DNA from: an uncultured Planctomycetota bacterium
GTDB taxonomy: Bacteria; Planctomycetota; UBA11346
Assembly (NCBI GenBank): GCA_963818245.1
Contig: CAWFSD010000012.1
Span: forward strand, 106,994 to 170,993
Length of the DNA: 64,000 nucleotides
Reading direction: 5' to 3'
Shown here: positions 32,711 to 42,253 of the stretch, in pieces
How the letters are laid out: every line of letters starts with the position of its first letter
How positions within the stretch are numbered: the first letter of the stretch is position 1
Made by a program: the position numbers and the translations under genes
The notes under the pieces: model-generated
The model's database searches: none
What the model saw: the letters and a program-made list of their open reading frames with translations, nothing else
What the model was told of the DNA's origin: nothing

Positions 32711-35700
32711 ATGGAGCCGATCATGATCACCCGCATTCCGCACCCGCGCGCAGGCAACGCCCTGCTCATGACCATCATCGTGCTGGCCGGCGTGGCCGCC
32801 ATGATGACCCTCAGCAGCCAGCGCGTCCTGGGGATGCACGTGCTCGCGGGGTTCAACCTGCGCAACCAGGCCGCCAGCTCCGCCGCCGAGGCGGGGGCCT
32901 CGATGGTCGAGGGCGGCCTCTACGCGACCAGCGGCGACAACACCACGCTGACCCGCGACATCGCCACCGTCCCCATCCAGCCGAACCTGAACCCCTGGTT
33001 GAGCTACATGGGCTACGCCGGCACGGGCTCGTGGCCGAACCTGTGGATCGGGAACTGCATGATCCGCTGGCGCCTCGAGCCGGTGACGGTCTACGCGCAG
33101 ACCTACGCGGGGACGCCGGCGGCGGGCACCAACTTCACCTACAACTACCAGGCCAACGCGAATCTGGTGGGCACTCCGCCGGCGAACTCCCTGGTCAACC
33201 CCGGGTTCTACCACTACCGCATCGTGTCGACGGCCTGGTACATGGACGACCTCGGCAAGCACAAGACCAGCGGCGGCGCGGCGCTGACCATGGCCAACGC
33301 CACCCCCTGGAACAACCCGGAGCAGGCGCTGGCCACCGCCCAGGTCGAGCGCCTCGTCGAGCTGAAGATCGTCAACCTGTTCCAGTACGTGATCTTCTAC
33401 GCGGCGACCAAGGAGACCGGCGACATCGAGTTCCACCCGGGCGCGTACGCTCAACGTGACCGGCGCGGTGCAGAGCAACGGCTCCATCTACTGCGGTGGC
33501 GGGGCCACCGCCTTCCAGACCGGCAACTACCACGCCTCGACCTGCCAGGGCAGCCCGGTAACCATCGGCAGCAGCGCCAACCCGGTCGGCATCAACGGGG
33601 TCGGCGGCATCTATCCGCGAGCGCAAGGCGGTGAACTACCAGTATGTCCAAGGCGCTCCCCGCGGCCGCGGCGGTCACCGACCCGAAGGTCGTGCCGATG
33701 CGCAGCCAGGCGATCGGCGGCGTCGCGATGGGCCGGGCAACAACGACCTCAACGGCGACGACGAGTCGAGCACCATGTTCACAGCTCAACGGCCAGAACC
33801 TGACCAGCATCAACGACTCGCGCAGCAACCTCGGGATCGCTGGGACCAGCGGCTACATCAAGGACAGCAACCACGGCGCGGCAGTGGTGGCGACGCTCTC
33901 GAACTTCCCGCAGCTCGCCGGCTACCCGTTCGAGTCGCAGCAGATCGTCGCGTCCGCGGTGGGTTCCCCGCCCACCCAGCTGTACTGCCACCACGCGCCG
34001 GTACCTTCACCATCAACCCGGGCTACTACGCCGGCGCCCTGCCGCTCTACTACGCCGGTGGCGTCGGCTCCTCGTGGCCGACCACGCACCAACACCGGGG
34101 CTAAGCCGATGTACGCCACCGACCTGCCGCTGTTCACCTTCATCAACGCGTCCGGCACCGCTTACCGGGACGTGTGGCCGTACCAGCCGTTCGCGACGCG
34201 TCGAGCCACCTGGGCCCACCAGCTCCTCGCCACGCATCCATCTCGGGCGGATCCCGCGCACTCTACATGTGGCCGCCGCTCAACGATGAACAACAGCCGA
34301 TCCGAAACTGGACACCTACCTGCCCAAGACCTCGGCGACGCCGACCAGCGGCTACGCGGTCGAGGGCTACTTCCTGAACATGTCCCTGCACGGCCTGCAG
34401 GGCAGCGGCAAGACCGGGCTGACCATCCGCGAGCGCGGCGCCTGCAACACCAGCTTCACCTGGTTCACCGACCAGGACATCGCGCTCCTGCGCGTCGTCC
34501 CGTCCGGCGGGCTCGCGATGCAGTCCACCATCCCGCCGGCGCAGCCCGCCGTCCTGACGTTCTCGCAGTGCGTGACCGGGGCCGACGGCAACATGTTCCT
34601 GGTCGCGACCGTGAACAATGTCGGCACCGTCACGCCGCCGCGTCCTTCAGCGCTGGCGAGACGGTGCGCGCCTACGCGGCCATGATGGAGGCGAACTACG
34701 CGGTCTACCTCGGCATCAACTCCACGACCGGCGAACCGCTCGACATCACCGTGCCGTTCTTCAACTACTCGCTGGCCAACCCGCAGGCCACCGGGCTGCC
34801 GCTGAACCCGACGACGCCCGCGCTGGGCATGATCGCCACCCAGGACTTCTTCCTCAACTGCCGGGAGTCGAGCTGGTTCCAGTTCAACAACTACATGAAC
34901 CAGGCGACCGCGGCGGCCTTCAAGGTCGATGCGTTGACCCTCAACGCCGGCCTGATGTGCCAGTTCATCGCCAACACCACCTGGGCCTCGGTCGACACCG
35001 ACCATGTCACCTCCTACAGCGGCAACCTGTCGAACATCTTCAACGGGGTCGTCTACGTCCACCGCACCCCGCGCCTCGCCCAGTACGTCACCCGGCCGCC
35101 GCTGCCCACCCGCCTACCCGGTTACCTGCACCTCCCCGACACACCACCTACCCGCCGCTGCCGGCCTACGACCCGGTCGCGCCCCTGGGCTACAACCCGA
35201 TCTTCAACTCAGGGCTTCTCCGCCGTCGCCGACCATCCCGGTGAACAGCCCGGCCTCGGTGTCGCCCCAGGCGTGCATCGGCAACAGCACGGTCTCGGCC
35301 TACCCGGTGGTCGGCAGCGTCGGCAGCGTCGGCGGCGGCGTGCGCGTCGGGCAGTCCGACGTGTGGTCGGTGTACCCCTTGGCCAAGACCGTCCGGGTGT
35401 TCAACGGCTCGGCGATCAACTGGGGTGGGGTGCAGGCCACGGCGAACAACCGCCCGCAGGGCCTGACCTTCATCACGCCCAACGCCGCCTACCTGTGGGG
35501 CAACTACAACACCACCACCTACACCGACAGCACCGGCAACGCCCAGGTCACCCCGTGCGCGATCTACTGCGACGGCCTGTCGGTGCTGTCCAACGCGTGG
35601 AGCGACACCGGCAAGACCTACACCGGCGGCAACAACGGCAACGCCACGGCGACCACGTACGTGATCTCGGTGGTGATCAACAACACTCCGACCGACACCG

Positions 35701-36041
35701 AGAACACCTACAGCGAGGGCAGCGCCGGCACCCACAACGTCATCCGCTACTGCGAGAGCTGGAACGGGAACAACTGGAACTTCACCGGCAGCCTGGTGGT
35801 GCTCAACCGCATGCGCTACAGCCGCGCCTACAGCTCGGGCGTGCCGGCCGCGGGCCCGTGCCCGATCTCGCTGAACAACGGCAATTACGGAACCAACAAC
35901 TCGGGTGGATACTACGGCGCGCCGAGCCGCAATTACACGTTCAACAGCGACCTGCTCACCTCGATGGGCCAGCCGCCGGCCTCGCTCTCGGGGATCTCGG
36001 TGCAGCGCGTGGTCAGCACGATGAACCTGGTCAACCACTGA
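32711..36041 (+). pseudogene. Large (~1100 aa) PilX-N-like pilus/pseudopilus-associated protein, with about 12 frame breaks between 33449 and 35215
   Basis: The N-terminus 'RAGNALLMTIIVLAGVAAMMTLSSQRV...AAEAGASMVEGGL' resembles the PilX N-terminal domain. Coding sense can be followed continuously only by hopping frames near 33449, 33617, 33645, 33730, 33783, 33997, 34100, 34230, 34290, 34640, 35145 and 35215. The last 830 nt (ORF 35004..36041) are intact. Confidence 0.6.
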
Positions 36042-36056
36042 ACCAGGTCCGCCTGG

Positions 36057-36091
36057 GGGCGCCCGCCGGCGCAACGCGTCGGCGGGCGCCC
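36057..36091 (+). terminator. GC-rich hairpin after the pilus-like operon
   Basis: gggcgcccgccg-(11 nt)-cggcgggcgccc forms a perfect 12-bp stem, 16 nt after the stop at 36041. Confidence 0.45.
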
Positions 36092-36196
36092 GGTGGGGTG
36101 GCGGCGGACTCCCGCCATCCCGCCCATTTCCTTTTGCCCGCAGGCGCTAGCGTGCCGACCTTCGCAGGCCGGTAGATCCCGGCCGGGGAGCAGCGC

Positions 36197-37522
36197 ATGG
36201 CCGGCAGCAGGGGTCCGTCACCGTCCAAGGTCGCCAAGTTCGGCGGCACCTCCGTCGCGACCGCCGCGCAGCTGCGCAAGGTCCAGGCCATCATCGACGC
36301 GGACCCGGCGCGGCGCTTCATCGTGCCGTCGGCGCCCGGCAAGGCCGACAGCAAGGACACCAAGGTCACCGACCTGCTCTACCTGACCCAGCAGCTCGCC
36401 GCCCAGGGGCAGCCGCTCGGGACGGTGTGGGACGGGATCGCCCGGCGCTTCACCGGCATCGTCGCCGACCTCGGTCTCGACCTCGACCTGCGCCCGGTGC
36501 TGGACGAGGTCAAGGCGCGCATCGAGGGCGGCGCCAACGCGGACTACGCCGCCAGCCGCGGCGAGGCCATCCACGGGCGCGTGCTCGCGGCGCTGCTGGG
36601 CGCGGAGTACGTCGACGCGGCCGACGTGGTGCTGTTCGACCGCGCCGGGCGCCTCGACCCGCGCACCTACGAGCTGCTCGCCGCGCGCTGCGCCGGGCCG
36701 GGCCGCTACGTCATCCCGGGCTTCTACGGCCGCGATCCGCAGGGCGAGATCAAGACCTTCAGCCGCGGCGGCTCGGACGTCACCGGGGCGATCGTCGCCA
36801 ACGCGCTGGACGTCGCGCTCTACGAGAACTGGACCGACGTCTCGGGCGTGCTGATGACCGACCCGCGCGTGGTCGCCGAGGCCAAGCCGATCGTCGAGAT
36901 CACCTACCGCGAGCTGCGCGAGCTGTCCTACATGGGCGCCAGCGTGCTGCACGAGGAGGCGGTCTTCCCGGTGCGGGCGAAAGGCATCCCGATCAACATC
37001 CGCAACACCAACCTGCCCCAGGACCCCGGCACCATGATCGTCGCCGAGCGCGACGCCGGGCACCAGGTGGTGGTGGGCATCGCCGGCACCAAGGGCTTCA
37101 CCGTGGTGCACCTCGAGAAGGCGCTGATGAACGCCGAGGTCGGCTTCGGCCGGCGCGTGCTCGACGTCTTCGAGCGCCTGGGCATCAGCTACGAGCACAC
37201 CCCCACCGGCATCGACACCATGTCGGTGGTGGTCGCCGACAAGCAGCTCGGCCACCGCCTCGACGAGGTGCTCGAGGACCTGCAGGCGGCGCTCAAGCCG
37301 GACGCGCTCAAGGTCACCGCGAAGATGGCGCTGATCGCCACCGTCGGCCAGGGCATGAACCACGCGGTCGGCACCGCCGCGCGGCTGTTCTCGGCCCTGG
37401 CCAAGGCGCGCGTCAACGTGCGCATGATCGACCAGGGCTCGAGCGAGCAGAACATCATCGTCGGCGTCGAGGAGGCCGACCTGGCCACGGCGATCCGCGC
37501 GGTCTACAACGAGTTCGCCTGA
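36197..37522 (+). CDS. Aspartate kinase
   Basis: ORF 36197..37522 has 'KFGGTSV', 'SRGGSDVTGA' and C-terminal ACT domains ('VGQGMNHAVGTAARLFSALAKARVNVRMIDQGSSEQNI'). Confidence 0.9.
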   Translation: MAGSRGPSPSKVAKFGGTSVATAAQLRKVQAIIDADPARRFIVPSAPGKADSKDTKVTDLLYLTQQLAAQGQPLGTVWDGIARRFTGIVADLGLDLDLRPVLDEVKARIEGGANADYAASRGEAIHGRVLAALLGAEYVDAADVVLFDRAGRLDPRTYELLAARCAGPGRYVIPGFYGRDPQGEIKTFSRGGSDVTGAIVANALDVALYENWTDVSGVLMTDPRVVAEAKPIVEITYRELRELSYMGASVLHEEAVFPVRAKGIPINIRNTNLPQDPGTMIVAERDAGHQVVVGIAGTKGFTVVHLEKALMNAEVGFGRRVLDVFERLGISYEHTPTGIDTMSVVVADKQLGHRLDEVLEDLQAALKPDALKVTAKMALIATVGQGMNHAVGTAARLFSALAKARVNVRMIDQGSSEQNIIVGVEEADLATAIRAVYNEFA

Positions 37523-37543
37523 GATCGAGGTGGCCGGTCAGCC

Positions 37544-37747
37544 GAAGAGGACAGGAGGCGCCGAGACGCGGAGATCGGAGGAGGGGACCAGCCGGCTTCG
37601 CCTGCCCCGTCCTCGCGCGGGCACGGACGGTGGCGCTCCGCCAGCAGCAGCGAGGACACGTCCGTGAACGCCGAAGCGGAGGCGACCCGTTGCCCAACGC
37701 GAGGCCGCCCTCCTCTTCCCTGCGCGCCTCCTGTCCCATCCCTCCCC
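37544..37747. repeat. Word-palindrome element (GGAGG/CAGGAGG words)
   Basis: ggacaggaggcgc (37549-37561) pairs with gcgcctcctgtcc (37724-37736), a perfect 13 bp. The inner pair is cacggacg (37622-37629) with cgtccgtg (37659-37666). The element lies between convergent genes. Confidence 0.75.
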
Positions 37748-37755
37748 GCGCATCC

Positions 37756-39062
37756 TCACCCGCGCAGGTGCTCGCTGAGCAGGCGGATGTACGGGGCGTG
37801 GTCGGCGCTGGCGGCGCACTCGCGGGCGCTGTGCATGGACAGCATCGGGTTGCCGACGTCGACCACGGCCAGGCCGAGGCGCGCGGCGGTGGCGGGGCCG
37901 ATGGTCGAGCCGCAGCCGAGGTCGCTGCGCACCACGAAGTCCTGCAGGGTCACGCCCGCGCGCTTCGCGGTGGCGCGCAGGGCGGCGGCCGATTCCGCGG
38001 TGGTGGCGTAGCGCACGTTGGCGTTGCTCTTCAGCACCGGGCCGCCGCCCAGGCGCGGCTTGTGGCGCGGCTCGTGGCGGTCGGCGTAGTTGGGGTGCGA
38101 CGGCGTGGGCCATGTCGGCGCTGAGCAGGGTGCTGCCGGCGAGCGCGGCGAGGAAGGCCGCGCGGCCCAGCCCGCGCTCCAGGGCGATGCGCTCCAGCAC
38201 CGCGCCGAGCAGCGGGCCGTCGGCGCCGGTGTCGCTGCCAGAGCCGACCTCCTCGTGGTCGAAGCAGGCCAGCACCGGCACCGTCGCCGCGTCGCCGTCC
38301 GCCGCGGCGAGCAGCGCGGCCAGGCCGGCGTGGCAGGAGGCGAGGTTGTCGAGGCGGGGCGCGAAGATGAGCTCGTCCGCCGCGCCGCCGAGGGTGCTGG
38401 CGGTGAGGTCGTAGAGCGCGAGGTCGTGCGCGACGACCTCGCCGGCGGGGACGCCGGCGCTGCGCAGCAGCGCGGTGAACGCGGCCTCGGCCTCCTCCTT
38501 CCCGGCTCTGCCGTCCTTGCCGCCCTGGTCATCGCCGGCCAGCCCCCACAGCGGTGCGAGGTGGAGCTGCGGGTTGAGCTTCAGGCCGTCCTCGCCGATC
38601 TTGCGGTCGAGGTGGATGGCGAGCTGCGCGACGCGCGCCAGCGGGCGGTGCAGGCGCACCAGGTGGCGCGCGCCGTCGGCGGTGTGCACGGTACCGGCCA
38701 GGCCCAGGTCGCGGTCGAGCCAGCTGTTGAGCAGCGCCCCGCCGTAGACCTCGACGCCGAACTGGCGGCAGCCCTCGCAGTGGTACGCGGCGCGCGGCTT
38801 CAGGCGCAGGTGCGGCGAGTCGGTGTGCGCGCCGATCAGGCGGAAGCGCTGCGGCGCCGCGGCCCCGCGCAGGATGAAGGCGATGACCGTGGCGCCGCGC
38901 CGCACCAGGAAGCGGCCGGGAGCGAGGTGCCACTCCGGGGCGCGCGCATCGAGCTCGTGGAAGCCGGCGGCCAGCAGGCGGTCGGCCAGGGCCTGCGCCG
39001 CGTGCGCGGGACTGGGCGCGGCGTCGATGAAGGTGCAGAGGTCGCGGGCGGCGTGGTCCATG
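37756..39062 (-). pseudogene. M18-family (aspartyl) aminopeptidase, with one frame break near 38095
   Basis: ATG at 39062. Motifs are 'GAHTDSPHLRLKP', 'FDHEEVGS' and 'SADMAH' (in the ORF 37538..41143 frame). The text then continues in ORF 37756..38532 ('HPNYADRHEP...GCGSTIGP...VDVGNPMLSMHS'). Confidence 0.85.
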
Positions 39063-39189
39063 CGCCCATGGTGCAGGGGGAGGGGAAGTCGGGTCAGCTG
39101 GAAGAGTGGGCCGAGGCGCGCGAGTCGCGAGTTGCGGAGCTCGAGAGCTCGCAACCGGGCGCAGCCCGCAGGCCAGGACGTTCCCGCGG

Positions 39190-41110
39190 TCACCTCTGGA
39201 AGCGCCGCTCCAGCTCTGGCCAGGGAAGGTCCAGCGTGGTCGGCCGGCCGTGCGGGCAGTGCTCCATGTGCTCGAGGCGGTAGAGCAGGGAGACCAGTTC
39301 GAGCTGCTCGGCGGTGGAGAGCTCCTGGCCGGCCTTGACGGCGCCGTGGCAGGAGAGGCCGTGGGCGATGCGCTCGCGCAGTCGCGCCACGGCGTCGGCG
39401 GAGGAGCCGCCCTCGGCGAGGGTGGCGAGGAAGGCGGACCAGTTGAGGCGGCGCAGCGCGGCGGGGTGGGCGCGCACCAGCACGGAGGTGGGGCCGAAGA
39501 CCTCGGCGACGATGCCGAAGGGCGCGAGCTGGGGCAGCAGGCCCTCGAGCGCGGCGACCTCGTGGGCGAGCAGCTCGACGGTGCGCGGGATGAGCAGCTC
39601 CTGCCGGCCTCCGGCGGTCAGGTCGGTGGCGGCCGGGATCGAGGCACAGGAACAGCGCCTTCTCGTGCAGCGCGTGCTGGTCGACCAGGCGGATGCCGCG
39701 GTCGGTCTCGATCAGCAGGTACATGCGGTTGAGCTGGACGACGCGGCGCACGCCGGGGAGGTGGGTGGAGGACGCGGTCGCTGCGCCGGAAGGCGAGCTG
39801 CGGGCTGCGGGCTGCGGGTCGCGGGTCGCGAGCGGGGCTGAGGAGCTCGCAGCGGCGGCCGCTGGGGCGTCGGAGCGCGCCGCGGACTCGTACCCGGTGC
39901 CGGTGTCGGCGACCCGCGTGCCAGGCTCGGGCGTTTCCTGCGTCCGCGCCTGCCAGGGCGCGCTCGGCGCCGGCGTCTGCGGCAGGAAGCGCTCCTGGTA
40001 GGCGGGCGGCGCCGCGGGCTCCGGCGCCGGGCGCACCACCGTGCGCGCGACGATGCCGACCGCGCCCGCGCCGCCGCCGAGCAGGCTGAAGCCGCCGGCG
40101 CCGGCGCCGAGCGCCTGCTGCAGCGCGTTGCGGACCAGGGTGAAGACCTCGCCCTCGCGGCGGAAGCGCACCTCGGACTTGGTCGGGTGGACGTTGACGT
40201 CGACCAGTCCGGGGTCGAGGTCGAGGTGCAGGAACACCGCGCCGTGCAGGCGCGGCTCGAGGAAGCCCTTGAAGCCCTCGCGCACCGCGGCGAGCAGCAG
40301 CTTGTCGCGCACGAAGCGGCCGTTGAGGAAGACGTACTGGCGCTTGGCGGTCGGGCGCGCCTCCTGCGGGTGGGCGATGAAGCCGGCGAGCTGCATGGTG
40401 TCGGCGTGCGCCGCCACCGGCAGCAGGCGCTCGGCGAACTGGCGGCCGAAGAGCGCGCGCACGCGCAGGTCAAGCGTCTCGCCCGCGGGCTGGTCGATGA
40501 CCGTGCGCGCGCCGGACTCGCCGGCGGTCTCGAGGCGGAACGCGACGCGCGGGTGGCTGAGCGCGAGGCGCATCACCTGGTCGGTGACGTGGCCGGCCTC
40601 GGCGGCCTCGGTCTTGAGGAACTTGAGCCGCGCCGGCACGTTCCAGAACAGGTTGCGCACGCTGACGCGCGTGCCGCAGGCCATCGCGCAGGGCTCCAGC
40701 GCCACGCGCGCGCCGCCCTCCAGGCGCAGGCGCCAGCCCTGCTCCTGGTCGGCCGGGCGGCTGGCCAGGGCGAACTCGCTGACCGCGGCGATCGAGGGCA
40801 GCGCCTCGCCGCGGAAGCCGAGGGTGGCGATGCGGAAGAGGTCGTCGGCGCTGGTGAGCTTGCTGGTGGCGTGCCGCGCCAGGGCCAGGGGCAGGTCGTC
40901 GCGGCGCATGCCGTGGCCATCGTCCTCGACCTCGACCAGGCGCCGCCCGCCGTCCTCGAGGCGCACCACGATGCGCGTCGCGCCGGCGTCGAGGCTGTTC
41001 TCGGCGAGCTCCTTCACCGCGGCGGCGGGGCGCTCCAGGACCTCGCCGGCGGCGATCTGGTTGGCGACGGCCTCGGGCAGCTGGCGGATCGGCGGCGGCA
41101 GGGGGGGCAT
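39190..41110 (-). pseudogene. mutL: DNA mismatch repair protein MutL, with one frame break near 39645
   Basis: ATG at 41110. Motifs are 'VANQIAAGEV', 'VKELAENSLDAGAT', 'DDGHGM' and 'LGFRGEALPSIA'. The C-terminal endonuclease region ('CHGAVKAGQ', 'CPHGRPT') lies in ORF 39190..39483, reached through a shifted 'IPAATDLTAGGRQELLIPRTVEL' segment. Confidence 0.9.
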
Positions 41111-41173
41111 GGGCGCACCATACGAGCGCGCCGCCGCGGCCAACCGGCGCCTGGGTCGGCCCGGAAATCAGCT

Positions 41174-41329
41174 GGATAGAACCGCCAAGACGCCAGGACG
41201 CCAAGGTCCAGTCAAGAGGGCCGCGCCTGCTTTCCTCTCCGAATGCTCCCAGTGCGGCACGCCCATCCCCGGCACTCGCACCACCGTGTCGGCAGACCTG
41301 GGCGCCTTGGCGTCTTGGCGGTTCTATCC
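41174..41329. repeat. Word-palindrome element (CCAAG words), the best-preserved copy
   Basis: ggatagaaccgccaagacgcca (41174-41195) is the exact reverse complement of tggcgtcttggcggttctatcc (41308-41329). The two are 112 nt apart. Confidence 0.9.
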
Positions 41330-41351
41330 GTCGCGCATCCCGTAGCCGGAA

Positions 41352-42173
41352 TCAGCCCGCGCTGGGCAGCCAGGCGAAGCGCTCGCCGTCGCGGGCCGCG
41401 GCGGGCGCGCTGGGCTGCGGCTCGGGCGGGGCGCTGCCCTGGGGCTCGTGGCGCTTGGGCGCCGGGCCCAGGCGGCGGCTGCCGCGGCAGCGCGTCAGGC
41501 TGACGGCCACGGCGCGGAAGAAGCGCAGGGTGTCGTACAGCGGGTGGACGCCCGAGACCTTGTCGTTGTAGATGACCGTGATCGGCACCTCGCGGATGCG
41601 CCAGCCGGCGCGCGCGGCGAGCACGCACATCTCGGTCTCGAGGTCGTAGCGGCGCCCGGCCAGGGGCAGGCTCAGGATCAGGCGCGGGTCGCAGACCCGG
41701 TAGCCGCTCTGGCTGTCGACCACGCGCCGGCCGGCGGCGAGGGTGACCAGAATGCTGCTCAGGCGGTTGAAGCCGCGCCGGTGCAGGGGCTGGCGGCCCA
41801 GGTCCAGGATGCGCTTGCCGATCACCAGGTCGGCGCCGCCGCGCGCGGCGGCGATCAGCTGCGGGGCTTCGCGCGGGTCGTGCTGGCCGTCGCCGTCGAG
41901 CAGCAGCACGCGCTGGTAGCCCTCCTGCACGGCCCAGCGGCAGCCGGCGATGATCGCCGTGCCCTTGCCGCCGTTGGCGCGGCGCAGCACCTGGGCGCCG
42001 GCGCGGCGCGCGGCCTGGGCGGTGTGGTCGCGGCTGCCGTCGTCGACCACCAGCACCGGCAGGCCCTGCTCGACCAGCGCGGCGACCACCGGGGCGATGC
42101 GCGTGGCCTCGTTGTAGGCGGGCACCACCGCGAGCAGGTCGCAGCGGCCGGAAGCGGGTGGCCGGCTGGGCAT
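41352..42173 (-). CDS. Family 2 glycosyltransferase
   Basis: ATG at 42173 lies inside ORF 41352..43388. Motifs are 'AVVPAYNEA', 'VVDDGSRD' and 'DGDGQHDP'. Confidence 0.8.
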   Translation of the reverse strand: MPSRPPASGRCDLLAVVPAYNEATRIAPVVAALVEQGLPVLVVDDGSRDHTAQAARRAGAQVLRRANGGKGTAIIAGCRWAVQEGYQRVLLLDGDGQHDPREAPQLIAAARGGADLVIGKRILDLGRQPLHRRGFNRLSSILVTLAAGRRVVDSQSGYRVCDPRLILSLPLAGRRYDLETEMCVLAARAGWRIREVPITVIYNDKVSGVHPLYDTLRFFRAVAVSLTRCRGSRRLGPAPKRHEPQGSAPPEPQPSAPAAARDGERFAWLPSAG

Positions 42174-42253
42174 CACCGCGAGGTTAGGCCGGCCACCCTG
42201 GTTGCCAGCAGGCTTTTCCGTCAGCCCAATTCGCGATTGCATGGCCGTGCAGC

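Noticed and set aside
37538-41143. A single 1201-aa ORF on the minus strand spanning 3.6 kb.
   Set aside because: It is not one gene. It concatenates mutL (41110-39190, which leaves this frame near 39645), an intergenic spacer, the 5' part of the M18 aminopeptidase (from 39062), and then non-coding read-through of the 37544-37747 palindrome. It stays open only because stops are rare.
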